Shown here: positions 10,930-24,059 of the stretch, piece after piece
Layout: each line of letters opens with the position of its first letter
Position numbering within the stretch: position 1 is the first letter of the stretch
Source of the DNA: Paraspadella gotoi
Lineage: Eukaryota; Animalia; Chaetognatha
NCBI GenBank assembly: GCA_051294375.1
Contig: CM119267.1
Span: 13,277,081 to 13,341,080, forward strand
Direction: 5' to 3'
Length of the DNA stretch: 64,000 bases
Made by a program: the position numbers and the translations under genes
The notes under the pieces: model-generated
What the model saw: the letters and a program-made list of their open reading frames with translations, nothing else
What the model was told of the DNA's origin: nothing
Databases searched by the model: none

Positions 10930-11142
10930 TTTTCCACTTCATTGATAGGGAAGCCAGGTATCTGGGAGTAAATAAACGGACTGTAGAGTCTTGATTGAAA
11001 GCTTGCAGAGACCTGCTATGTAATTATCTTGTAAGAGTGATGGAGGCCTTAAACCACCAAAGCCTGTCCAAAGTCAGGGGCAAGATAGCTTATTTATTAA
11101 ATGAATGGATAATTTTTTTATATTGGTTGTACCAATTTCATA
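10930..11142 (+). repeat. dispersed repeat ending TTGGTTGTACCAATTTCATA; copies at 14570-14768 (+), 2134-2230 (-), 61887-62050 (-)
   Basis: High sequence similarity by eye among four copies, all sharing the same terminus. Confidence 0.75.
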
Positions 11143-12192
11143 ACAACTTCAGATTTTACACCCTGGTAAAAAAATCACTGACGTTTTTTTATTTTTAAAC
11201 TCTTAATAATTTTAGTGATAGGCTCATCAATGGCATGATCAAATTTTAAAAAAGCAATTTTTTTACTGTTATAAGATGTATTTTATAAAAAAAATATCTT
11301 ACAGATATTGACATTGGAGTATGTGTCTGAGCAATCTGAATATCAAAAACTTTTTCACAACCACAATAACAGCCCTTTTTATTTTGACGATAATCATTAT
11401 GATGCGATGATAATCATTCATTGATGCGATGATAATCATTCATTGATGCGATGAGTAATTCATCGTGTATGAGTGAAAGAGAAAAAAAAAATAGAAAGAA
11501 GCTGACAGCGGCTGCATAGCTGAACTTGTTTTTAAACGAATCAGAAGAAGCAGCAACGGGAAAAAAGAGAGAAAGAGCGACATATAATTAAAAGAGAGAG
11601 AGAAAGAGAAAACAAGAGAGAAATAGAGAGAAGCTGGGCATCCTTTTACATACTTTTACAAGTTGCGATGGTAAAGAAGCGTGACGACGGTCACAAAGAA
11701 GCAGAGCCGATCCTTAATATTGCCCCAAGTCGGACTTTAGCCCGTCTGGCGAGATAAAAATTTAAGATTTATCTTATAGTTAAACGTATAGAAGCTATTT
11801 TATATTATATAATGTTAAAAATACTTTTTAATATGAATGATGATGATAATTTTTAAAAGAATTTTTAAATTTTAGCTCATTTATCATTAAAATTTTAAAA
11901 ATTTGTAGTACTAACCTTTATCTAGTTTAATCTAATTTATTAGCAGTTAATTGTTATTACTTTTGCCTACACTATTTTTACTATTTGTACATTGTATAAT
12001 GTATTATCTCTCTCCCTCTCTTTTTCACCATTTCACTTTACCTTCACAAAAATTCAATATCTCTGTCTCAAACTTAGCCTGTCCTCACACATTTGACCAC
12101 TGTCCTTTCTCAACTATGTGTTGGAAAACTTTGCCCTCTCTTTCTCTCCCTTCTTTATGCACCAAATAATTGAGTATTTCACAACTGTCCTT

Positions 12193-12238
12193 AACTGCGC
12201 TGAAGAAGGTTCGTAAATCGAACCGAAACATGTCAGTT
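12193..12238 (+). ncRNA. minimal type I hammerhead ribozyme motif in a Penelope-like tail
   Basis: AACT-gcg-CTGAAGA-A-GGTTCG taaat CGAACC-GAAA-CATG-TC-AGTT, followed by AATAAA. Perfect 6-bp stem II. Confidence 0.75.
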
Positions 12239-14050
12239 TATCATTAAATAAATTCGTTGCTGAATCACAATTTAAACTTTTCTCTTATATCTTTTATTCT
12301 TTATAGTTTTAGGAATTCCTGAAGGCGGCGCAAGCAGTCCTTTAGATTAAAGCTTTTTTTCTGTCTTAACAAATGAGCAATTAACTATAAGCAAATTATA
12401 TGCTTATTAACGTAAGTGGGACAGACCGAGTTACCAACCAACCGACAGACCGCCCGAAAAGTGACTTGTTGCTCCGCGAGTAATTGCGGCGCAACTAAAA
12501 AGTATAAACGGTTAAGCAGATGCAGAAAAAACAATCAGTATAAGACAAGAATTTCAAGGTATTGCACCATATTAACTTTTTATGGGATCTCATTACCAGA
12601 TGATTACTGAGGACTAATTATAAAACCTGCAAAACTATCGTGTCACGTACATGAACTAAATATAATTCTTATTCTTAGTAAAAAAAATTTAAATATTCCT
12701 CTCGCTTAACTTCGAATAAATCTAAAAACAAGGAATTATTACGGATTTTATTAAAAATGCTTCCATTTTATGGTTTTATAACTTGCTTCTCCTTGCATCT
12801 CCGTCTTTTCTTTTGATTCACCAATCAGAAAGGAGGGTTCCCTCAAGAAGCATACAAGAGAGAGAACGAGAACTTTCAAGAACTCAACAACAAATTCTCG
12901 TGGAGTAATCTCTGATATTATTAATAATCATTAACCCCACGAATTCTTATGTCAATAAAACTGCTCAAATTTATCCGTAAAAAACCACACCTACATTACT
13001 TCGTTGATTAAGTAGAGACTATAGAGCTATTATAATCAGGTTCTGATAAAATATTGTTGTAAACTGCCTACTCAGGTATATCACCTTATATAAAAAATAA
13101 AAATTGTTTTTTGAAGATGCGTTTTTAACTCTCAAGAATCAACTTTATTAAAATAATCAATTTTACCACACTAATAATAATTATTATCATGATTACAAAT
13201 ATTTTGTGATCAAATATCGTGACTTTTGGCCTCTACATATTAGTTTAAATTTTGGCAATTTTTTCAAAAGAATTTTCGGCCTAAATTTAAACACCTCCAA
13301 TTTGAAGCAAGAAATACAAACGAAAGTTTTTTTATAAATAATAATTACTAATTAGTGAGCTGCAAGACGTATTTAAAGAGACCATAAAGTCAAAATTGCC
13401 AAAAATCTTGATTCGAGTTTAATAACAATCTTATAGTTTTTATGAACGAAAAGCAAAACTATTTTATTAATGATATGATATTAATTACTAATCTTGAATT
13501 TAAATTCTATCATTATATTAGGACAGATTTTTTTAGCGAGCTCGCGATGAAAAAAGGCGTTGCTGTTGAATGATTTCTCCCCTTTTCTCCTTCCTTAAAA
13601 AAAGTTACTTGCTCAAATAACAGTTACATGTACAAACCATCTTCAACACTGAATATTATAAATAGTATAACGTTGCTATAAGAGATTTGTCATTTCTTTC
13701 AAGTGAAAAACTAAAGCCATCAAATGGCAAATAAAAGTTTACAATGTGCGATAAATATTTTTTTTTCTGTCATGGGTGCATGTAAATTTACCGTTTCCAT
13801 CAACGAAAAAAAGCTAGCTTTTCCTATAGCAAGTCATATAAATTACAAATTAATCTATAAATTTTATGCTTGCAGCAGGTTTTAAAAATGAATATCCCAA
13901 TACAGCTATAAACCTTTTTTCATTAATAATTCATAAAAAATATTTAAAATGCAGTAGATCATAAAACAAACGCATTGATTTCTGATTAACTTAGGCAAAT
14001 AATATACCTTGAAAATGCATGTATTTTATGAACCTAAAAAAAAATATCAA

Positions 14051-14884
14051 AGGTGTACAGTACAGCGGCGCGACCATAAATCTAGAAAAAAATTTAGAAA
14101 TCATATGTCAAAAACTTAATGTTTCAAGAATCTGATGAAATATTCGGATTCTACTCGGTCTTAGTATTCTGTCGATATATTATATAAAAGCCTTAAAAAA
14201 GATTATTATAACGCTTATTTAGCTGTTATAACTATTATAGCTATTTAAACAATTTTGACCAAAAAATTATACTATATTAAAATAAAACGTCATGAAATAA
14301 TTTTTAATTTTCATAATTTTTATTGTAAAACCATCCTCACAAAATTTTTTTAAAGTTTTATGGACTTAACATTACACTAAATTAGAGCTAAGGCACAAGG
14401 CTAAGATTTAAAGAAAATTAACTAAAATATTAGTACAGAAGTACAGCAACCATAGTATAAGATGTGATGCTCAGTTAAAAATGACTACTAGTTTTAAAAA
14501 AACTAAAACGCCATAGTTGCATATAAAACACTATTTTCAAGCAATTGAAACATTTTTTGAAATATTATACCACTCCATTGATAGGGAAGCCAGAAAATCG
14601 GAGAGTGAATAAACGAGACTGTGAGAGTCTTGATTGAAAGTTTGCAGAGACCTGCTAGGTCATTATCTTGTAAGAGTGATGGAGACCAAGAACCACCAAA
14701 GTCAGGGGCAACATGGCTTATTTATTAAATGAATGGATAATTTTTATAATGGTTGTACCAATTTCATAAAAATACAATTTGCGAAAATACATAAAAACTA
14801 AATTTATTTTTCTACATTATAAATCGTTAATGGCAGCTGTTAAAATTCACTCGATTTATGATCCCATCACTGAGGTGTACACCT
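14051..14884. mobile_element. possible Kolobok-like MITE just downstream of the Ataxin-2 stop
   Basis: AGGTGTACAGTACAGCG versus reverse complement AGGTGTACACCTCAGTG. TTAA TSD is degenerate. Confidence 0.35.
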
Positions 14885-15018
14885 TTCTTAAGTTTATACC
14901 TTTGAAGAAAGTTTTTCTGAAAACTTAATTAAAACTTTCAAAAATCATAAAATGAACCAGAACAAATTGAAAATATAAGAATCTTCCAAGTTAAACTAAT
15001 GCATTAATAAATATGTCT

Positions 15019-18000
15019 TCACTGACTGGAAGTTGTCGACTGCGGATTACTTAGGGCGGATGCTTGAGTGAATGAACCGGACATAGGCGGGGCAGTTACC
15101 GGGGGGACTGATGCTACTGCATAATGTGGGTATATTGATGATGGGTAACCAGGGGCTCCATGTTGTTGTGTTGCCACAGAAGCCCCTTGATGTGACGGTG
15201 GTGGTTGCTGAATCGGATATCCAACTCCTGAGAATAAGGAATTTTAAAATACGATCAAATAGCTAAAGAACCAATGTCTACGCCAATACATGTAAATCGC
15301 TTTCAAGGGCTTAAATTGAACTGTTACTGCGGCACTAATAACATTTTAATAACATTTTAATTACGAAATAATTAGTTATAAAACGTAAACAAACCTGGAC
15401 CATGTGGCTGATGTCCCTGTTTTCCAGAATGTATTTGTATTTGATGGGGCGATCCAGCATTAGCAGCAGCTGTTGCTAGCCGATGGTGATGATATGCCAT
15501 CATAGGGACTGCTGGGTGATACATTAATTGCCCAGATTGTGATAAAACTGGTACACCTGGTGCTCCTGGTGGAACAACCTGCTGTTGTTGCGAGGTCTGA
15601 TTACCAGATTGAGAGGAGACATTTTGAGCTTGGACAGCCTGTGCTTGCTGTGTCATATGAGCATGGGCCAACATTTGCTGTTGCATTTGTTGCTGGTAAA
15701 ATATCTGGGGTGAGAAATTTAAAGCTGATTGATTACCAACTTGGTTTGGTACGGGGGTTGGAGGTAAAATTGAAGGGTTGGAACCTGCTGAATGGGCGCT
15801 AGGTTCTTGAGAAGGACTACCATTATGTGGATTATTAGCATGCTGGTGAGCAGCAGCTTGAGCTTGTTGACCACCTTGAGGTTGAGTCTGGGGCTGAGCG
15901 TTTTGAGCTGTTCCGGGACCTCCATTACCAGTTGCAGGATGCTGCAACAGATAGCCTGAACCAACTGCTTGTTGAGCAACCATAGCTGGACTAATCATTC
16001 TTTGTGGTGTACCACCCATAACCTGATAAACCTGTGGATAGGCCGCTGCGGGAAAATTTCCAGGAGGGTTTGAAGGAGCAATTGCATGCCCCGGAGCAAA
16101 AGCCATATGAGGGGTTTGATGAAAACCTTGAGGAATAACAGCAACTGCACCAGATGCGGGATCAACTGCTTGCCCATTACCCTCCGAAGATGAAGTCCTA
16201 GGACTAGGATAAATTCCAGCAATCGAATGCTGAGGAAGCTTGGCAAATCTAGGATTACCGCCCTGAACTGCCGGATTACCATTGGCGGGAGCTGTTTGGG
16301 AAGGGGAATAAGTCATGATTCCTTGATATGCAACAGTTCCAGGCATTCCTGCTTGATAATTAGGATTTCCGCTTGGACCGATTGTTGGCATATATTGAGG
16401 ACCAGAAAATAAAGGTAAAGCTCCAGCGGGGCCAACCATTCCCTGTGGTGTGACTGGAGATTGAGGTAACGGATTAATAGGACTCATAGTTGATTGACCT
16501 TGCGTATTTCCAGGCTGTGAAGAGTGACCTGAAGGCGGTCGAGGAACAAAACTTTTAGCTAATGGGTTTAATGTAAATTCTTTCGCATGAGGATTAAGCT
16601 TTGACTTGGATGCCATTGAAACAGCATCGTCAGATTCTGTTTCGAGAGGAATCTCTCCTTCCGTCATTGAATTAGTTTCATCACGTCTGTCGTCCACAAT
16701 TTCGGCATTCCTCATTGGTTCAGGTTGCTCCATTAAAACTCTTTCTTTTTCATCGTTCTTTTTCGGAGCACCGCTCTCTGACGGATCTTGAAGCTTAAAT
16801 TTCTCGCTAAAGTCTCTGAGCTCAGCAATTTGTTCTTCTCTCGGTTTTTTAGAATTTGAAGATTTTCGATCACTTGCAAAAGATTTGTCCCGATTCATAG
16901 CGGGAGTCATCGCCAAAGCCTGGGTCTCACTGCCAAACTGAGTTTTTGGTTGCGCGGAAGCAGTTGTGGTTGGGTCTGATGTAGTGACATTTTTATCCAG
17001 CGCATTGTTGCCGCCTTGAGCCGAGGAAACGGCTGCCGAAAAGGACTTGGCGGATTTTCCAGAGAGTAAAACTTGGGAACCAGCTTGTTGAGGAGACGTC
17101 TGAACAAAATTAAGAATTACTATTACAAACTACGATCTTTAGGTCCGAATATTATACGCATGGACATTACAAAAATTTCGCGAATTATGACCGAATTAAA
17201 ATACAGCGTAAGAGCGTCTTACTAAGACGTCTTACTAAGACGCGATGTACAGTCTCGTGGAAAAACTTATTCCTTATCTTAATTCTTGCCCTGTCTAATC
17301 ACTAATCAGTAATCAGTAATCACTAACATATGCCTTACATTCGACCGAACATAGGCTTTCTGAAGAATCAAACAAAATTACCTTAGGATCCGAGGACGAA
17401 ACCTGAACAGTTGATGGTACCCCGGAAATAGGAGGAACAGGACTTCTGCCGCCGCCGCTACTTCCGGTTGGCGAGGCGACGGCAGCAGAATAAGATATCG
17501 GAGCGGGGCGGGACGTTGAGGGGTTGGAGGTGACGATAGATATCGGGGGAATGTGATGTTTAGGGTGGTGATCTTCGAGCGATGGCCCGACGCCGGTCGT
17601 AGCACCGTTGTAAGAGGACCCTCCAAGAACAGAACCTCCATGTGTTTCGGCGTTTGAGTCTTTTCCCTCTGAATAGGAAGAACTCGACTTTCGGTGATGA
17701 GGTCCGCCAGATCCGCGATCGAGGCTACGCTCGAAGTTCCGCCGCATCCTGCCTCCACCGTCGTCGGCCTTCGGATCTACAGGGGGACCACCTACGGCGG
17801 CGCGCGGGCTTCCGTGGCGTCCGCCGCCACCGACGGCGCCGACTGGATTCCGATGATGATATCCGTGATGCGGCGGCGGCGCAGCGTGAATGTCCCTATG
17901 CTGCGGGGAGTTTCCGGAATGTCGGTCGGACGAGGCGCGCCCTCCACGGCTTCCCTGAGCGACAGCGGGACTGCCTTTGCGAAAAGCGGGGGGCAGGTAT

Positions 18001-18884
18001 TTTCCTTCGCGACCGGAGGGCGTCGACGGGTTTTCCGGTGCTCGCTGAACTGCACTGAATTTGTCCTCCTCATCCATGTCGTCGTCGTCGTTCTCGACGG
18101 CAATTCTCTCCTTGTAAGAGGAGCTGCTCTCAATCTCTTCGGCCAACTTTCGCGCTTCCTCTTCTCGCTTCCTGAACTCGTCTGTGTTTTTGGCCAAGAG
18201 CGGCATCGTGTACTGCTCCAAAGACGCGTCATACGACGACTCGACGCCGAAACGCTCAGCGTTGGCGCGAAACATCTCGTTTGGATCCCACCCACTGGAC
18301 TCGCCACTCTCGTCCAAGCAGATATCGTCGACGTCCTCGGCGTCCCAGGGTTGAAGCGGCGCTAGTTGCGAGTAGAGGCCGCCGCCGCCGCCTCGCTCGT
18401 CCAAAGATCGGTCCCCGTTCATCTTTACTCCGGAGATGGCTCCGTCCGTGAATCCGTCCTTATGCTGGGCGAAATCGAAATCTACTCCCGTCGCCGTCAC
18501 AGTCACCACGTCGGACGGATGTAAAACTAGTTTGTCGACCACCTTGTCCTTGGGTGGAGGGGAGTCCTCCCGCTCCTTCACTTGATGCGCGCACTCCAAC
18601 ACCAGTTCGAACTTTGAAGAGTAACACTTGAGAACGCCCTCGTATATCATTCCCGACCTAAGTTGGGCGCGAATCGTGCAGCCGACCAACGAAGTGGCAG
18701 CGTACATCAGCCTGGCGTTCAAATATACTCCGTCCGCGTGCGCGTAATCCTTCGTTCCCAATCTTTCGTGAATGTTCACCATCTGGTTGTGGTGGCCGCG
18801 ATCGCGATCACCTCTCATGGGTCCTCCGTGTCCTCGCAGAGAGTTTCCCCCTCCTCGTTTGCTTTTTCGGGCATTCATGGTCAT
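15019..18884 (-). CDS. ATXN2: Ataxin-2 homologue, 3 coding exons, ~1138 aa
   Basis: Exons 18884-17382, 17099-15395 and 15227-15019 joined by GT-AG introns with consistent phases (0,1). Lsm domain (YLNARLMYAATSLVGCTIRAQLRSGMIYEGVL), LsmAD (WDPNEMFRANAERFGVESSYD...ARKLAEEIE...EEDKFSAV), PAM2 (SKLNPHAKEFTLNPLAKSFVP) and a Q/P-rich C-terminus. Confidence 0.93.
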
Positions 18885-21734
18885 TTTAATTATGATCTTC
18901 AGCTGATGAAAAAAATTGTGCTTTCAGAAGCGCATTTGGTAATTGTAACAACGTAGTGATGGTCGGTCGCCGTCAAGCTTGCTGTAACATGTAATTGTAA
19001 TTCAACCACATTGGCATTTTTCGCTTGCATCGATGCTTCGCGTAGTCAACATCGACACTGGTGATTGGTTCGTAAGCTGCGTGGCATAAACGAAATCTGA
19101 AAATCAGGAAGATAAATAGGGAATCTTAAAAAATCTTAAAAAATAATGTAATGACAAAATACCATAAATATTAGAAAGCACAAATCAATTAACACTACAA
19201 ACAGGCGCGAGTTTAAAAAAAAAAATTAAAAAAAACAACAATGAGCAACTTCAATGCTTTTATTCTAATGACGTGAGGCAGAAATACGGAAGTAAAGATA
19301 TCAAACAGGAACAATCACATTATATAAATCGTACTGAATGACGAATAGAGCAAAATCGTTAAGCTGATTTGAAATGAGATTCATAACGCGAAGCTTCTCT
19401 TACACACTTAGAGAAAAACGATCAATACTCGACAAACGGGTCAAAAACCGGGATTACCCGCGACACGAAGCAGGAAAACGCGAGGAAGCCGAAATAACAT
19501 TGAAAGGATAAAAGGGCCGGACCGGAAATCTTGAAGCCCAAAGCCTCGTTCTCGGATTTTTTATCGAAGCGACTCAATCGAAGCATCATTCGTTAGGATC
19601 GAAGCGCTAGAGTTTTTTATTTAAATATAATAAATTATAAATTAACATTTTTTAAAAGAATAAGTGAAAGGACTAATAGAGTGTTATTATTTTAATGGTA
19701 ATAATCTTTTAAATTAACCTATATGCTGATTTTCATAATATAAAAATATAACGATGCGTTTTTGTTTTTTTGATAGATGGACTTTGAATAAAGATAACAA
19801 AAGGTATTAAGGCATTAAGCTTATAAAGTTCTTTGGAATTAAAAACGGGCAATTTCAATTAGTAAAACACTAATATCTGACAAATGGTAAAGCCCAGGAG
19901 ATTTTTAAACACTCATTTTAAACGCATTTACTGATGCAATACAAGAAAATATTTTCGTTCCGTTCTAAAACGGTTTTCATGATTGACCATAATTAGATTA
20001 TTCTAATATTTGTTACATTTAAAAATTATCCTCTAAATCTTTTTCAGTTATCTCAGTTAATTTAATTTTAGAAGCCAATTCGAAATAAAAAATAAATAAA
20101 TAAAAATCGAGGTCTTTACTATTAGAAATTAGAAATTAGAAATTTTAACGTGGGAACCCAGTATTCAGTGCTTTTTTTAGGTTCTTTTTGTTATAGCTAT
20201 CATTTCATTTCATTTACGAAAGAGTGATAGCAAATTAATTATTTAACTTAATTAGATAAAGAAATTATCGATGATTAATCACTGCAAAACCCTTATTTCC
20301 TTTTCTTTCGTACACAAAGTATGATTAAATTCTCTCACTGCTACCAGAGTAAAACCCCAGTCTGTTAACTGTTAAAAAAGTGTTAATTAACAATTATGTG
20401 CAAGGTTAATCGTTTTTCTCTTCCTAATAAATTTTTAATGAAGACGTTCTGAGTCTGAGATGAGGTTAAATCCTCAGAAAGATGTCATAACTCACTTAAG
20501 TTGTTTTCAAAGTTTTGACATGTTTTGGAGATATAAAGATTATGAATATAGGTTTAGACCGTCGTCAGCATTGGTGCAACTAGAGTTTCCTTAACCGTTA
20601 ATTTTTCTACAACGTCGGTTAACCGTTAAAATTTAGTGACTTAGCTTATTTGATAATATAAATGCAAAAAAAGAAGGAAAACAATTAAAACTTAGTATTC
20701 AAATTTTATTTCAATACATAGGATGCACTAATAAAGCAAAGGAAGACACTGAATTAATCATAATAAATATATCAATGATAGCAATTATGAGTTTCTATCT
20801 TTTTTTAAATTTTGTTTAAATAGCATCAACAGTTAGTTTTGAGTTAAGAGATAAAATTTCCTTTTGCACTTCTCTACTGAGACTGAGGTAAAGTAAGTAG
20901 TGCAGAATAAATTTTTTTTAAATGTGGTGCTTGATCACCTGTTGCGTAAAAAAACCTCATTTTTTAAAAACTTTCATAGAGCTTTGTGATGATTTGTTTT
21001 TACTCATCTCAGCCCACAAAAATTTAAGGATATGGTCTGTTTTAAAAACATTATTTTCAACTAGCAATCATAACAGTTTCCAAAATAAATTTTTAATAGT
21101 CATTCATGGCAGACCAATACAAAAAAATTTTGACATAATTTGGTATATACCCGGTGAGCCAAATCCAGTGAAACTGTTGGACACTAAAAAAAAATCAAAA
21201 AATTAAAAAAATAAATCATTGCCATGGTTTATTGCATCGACATAAACGTAAACTATTTTTGTATTAGATAGAAAAATGTTTGATGTTTTTTCTGTTAAAA
21301 ATTTATTCAAATTGATCTTTATTAACAACTTTAAATTAATTTTTTTTGCAAAGTTTTCAAATTGATGGCTCATCGCATCTCTTAATAATCAAGTGCAATG
21401 AATAATTTTTAATTCAGTATCCAAGATTACAATATAAATATTTTCAGCTTTATTGACATTTATTAAAGGGCAGTTGATTTATACGAGATTTATTCTCAGG
21501 CCTTTGGGCAAGCAATTTAAGCAGCTTCGCTTAACAACATCAAAGAATAAAAATTGGGGCTAAAATGATTGAGAAGATTCAGATCTGTGTGCGCTGATCA
21601 TAATATGGCAAGTTAAACCTGGGAAAGTATAAACAGTGGCTGTGGCTCACAGTATGATTTATTTTCCTTTTAAAACATGAGTAATTTTTTTTCTAAAGAA
21701 GTCTTGCAAAAGAAATTAAACTTATTTGTTGTAT

Positions 21735-22843
21735 AACAAGTTTGAGCAAACAATGTCGGATCTGCCCACGATCATTATTGGTAATTAATTAATTAATTAA
21801 TTAATAATTAATAAATAAATAATTCAAGTGAATTAATTATTTAATTAATAATTAATTTATTCAGGTTAATTATTTAATTAATTAGAAAATTAATTATTTA
21901 TACGAAATGTTTGTTTTGATTGATTAATTAACTGATTAATTAATTATTGATTAATTAATTGACTAATTGATTAATTAACTGATTAATTATTTGATTAATT
22001 AATACATTTTGCATTTACATTTAAAATAAAAAGAAAAAGAAGCATAATCAATTAGTGCAACATATTCTTTGTTTTTCCATTTAAACTCATTTCCACTCAA
22101 ACGATTCCATCGAAACTTAATTTCCAGTTTAATCACACACTTTTCTACCCAAATACAAAATTCAAGTCAATTGTTCCATCCACTCATGAGTAATTGGTGT
22201 TCAAATAGTGTAATATATTTTTTGTTTTTTCCATTTAAACTCATTTCCACTCGGACGATTTCATCGAAACTTCATATCCAGATCAATCATACACTTCCTA
22301 CCCACACACAAAATTTCATTCCAATCCATCCATCCAATCACGAGTAATTGGTGTTTTTTTCTAAAGTGGGACGGACGGACGGACGGACATCGTTTTTTTT
22401 GCATAATTTGATGTTCTGACATGATATAAGTTAGTGCCCGACAATATCAATGAAGGAAGTAGGCGTGGTTTATTATGGATAATTTATAGTAGTTTTATTT
22501 TACACAAATAAACGCGGAGATAGTAATAATGAGGGATTGATGATTAAAACGATGGTTCAAATAACAAAGTAAATAAGTTCATGAACTTGGGAATTATGAT
22601 GTTAGTTTCTTAAGGGTAAGTTGAAGACCGCCTCGTTTCTTCTCTCATCTCTCTCCCGTCGATTCCGTGAGGGAAGCCACATCTCTGATTGGTCGAGAGA
22701 GAAGAAAAGGCAGAAAAGCCAAACGAGACAAGCGAGACAAGCTACACGATCAATCCGTTTCCTGTGATGATATTGAGGGGGCGGACCGACGGACCGACAA
22801 AGTGAATTATAGAGTCGGGATCTGCTGATAAGCAGATTCGACT
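21735..22843 (-). mobile_element. HINE/DINE-1-like non-autonomous Helentron, full-length copy with a nested insertion
   Basis: 5' hairpin AGTCGAATCTGC-TTATCA-GCAGATCCCGACT, GTCC/GTCG microsatellite, two ~140-bp internal core repeats, (TTAA)-rich tract, 3' subTIR GCAGATCCGAC plus GTTTG-CT-CAAAC stem-loop and CTTGTT end. T-rich flanks, no TSD. Confidence 0.8.
22448..22769. mobile_element. 322-bp insertion with 4-bp ATAT TSD; second diverged copy at ~12727-12996
   Basis: Interrupts the HINE relative to the copies at 24060 and 40417. ATAT at 22444-22447 and 22770-22773; CA...TG termini with weak AGGAA TIR; internal CCAATCAG. Confidence 0.65.
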
Positions 22844-24059
22844 AAAAACTTTGACTGGGTAAGAAACCGAATCATCTTTAAAAAAAACATCATTTGCTTG
22901 ATGAGGATTAAATTTTTAGCAATGACGAGTTTGTCCTAACATGTTCGAAAGGCATTTTAAGCATGTTTCAATCGCATTTCAATCAATATTTTGGGCATTT
23001 AAAAAACGTCAATGATTTTTCTATCAAATGGTATAAAAAATTTTTCATAATGTTTGGTAGATAATGTATCATTAATTTTTACTACGTGTCAATCGATTTG
23101 GCTCGATTTGGCTCCCTTGCAAGTGTGACGTAGGTTTTCATAAATCTTTTCCGCTGAATTAATGATTAACGATTAATGAAAAGTAGAGATTAATATTTAG
23201 AAACTTGTATTTTATATCAAAATGTCCATAAAAATCCTGTAAACTCAAGTTCAGGACGGGCGATGCTACTTTTTTCTAGTCATAAAATTAAAAAGAACTA
23301 AAGATTGATCATGGGTCTCGCCAAATTACGACTCAGAGATCGACAAAATGACAAAGACCGACGAAATAACTAGTAAATAATTTGGCCGAACGCGTGAAGA
23401 CAACTTAAGTACGGTGAAAAAATACGATGGAAAAAGACAGAAAATAACTGAGGCGAAACATAATATTAAATAAATAAATAATATTAATAAATATAAAACT
23501 TATATTTATATTAAAAAAAGTGAGTCTGATTTGAGCGGTGCACGTTGTTTTAAGAAAAAAAATTTCTAAAAACATAATTATAATTGGTTAATTTTTTAAA
23601 AAAATTGGGAAAATTGGGAAAAAAAATTTTCAGCGGGTAAGTAAAAGTAAAATCAGAAAGATAAAAGTATATTATTGGAGAAGTAAAATTGTGGTTTCTT
23701 CATGCAAGCGCGACTCTTGCTATGTATCTTCCTTTTCTATCTTTCGATTCTGTGTTTTTATTAATAGGTAACTAAAACATTTTTCGCAACTATTTATATT
23801 AAGCAACCTGTGATGGCATAATAGCCGCTCGATGCCTTTCCATCTCACTCGCCCATTGCCTGCCTTTTCTCAAACCAGAGCCTAAAAAATGAATAGCACG
23901 CGTAGCTCTTCTAAGTTTTACATCATTGGCTTAATATGGCTAAGAATAAATATCAAAAATTACTACAAAAACTGGTAAAAGAGTGATTTAAAAACATATA
24001 TTTTATATACAGGGTAGTGATTCAAAACTGAGAAAATCCGTATCACTTCATATTTTTTT

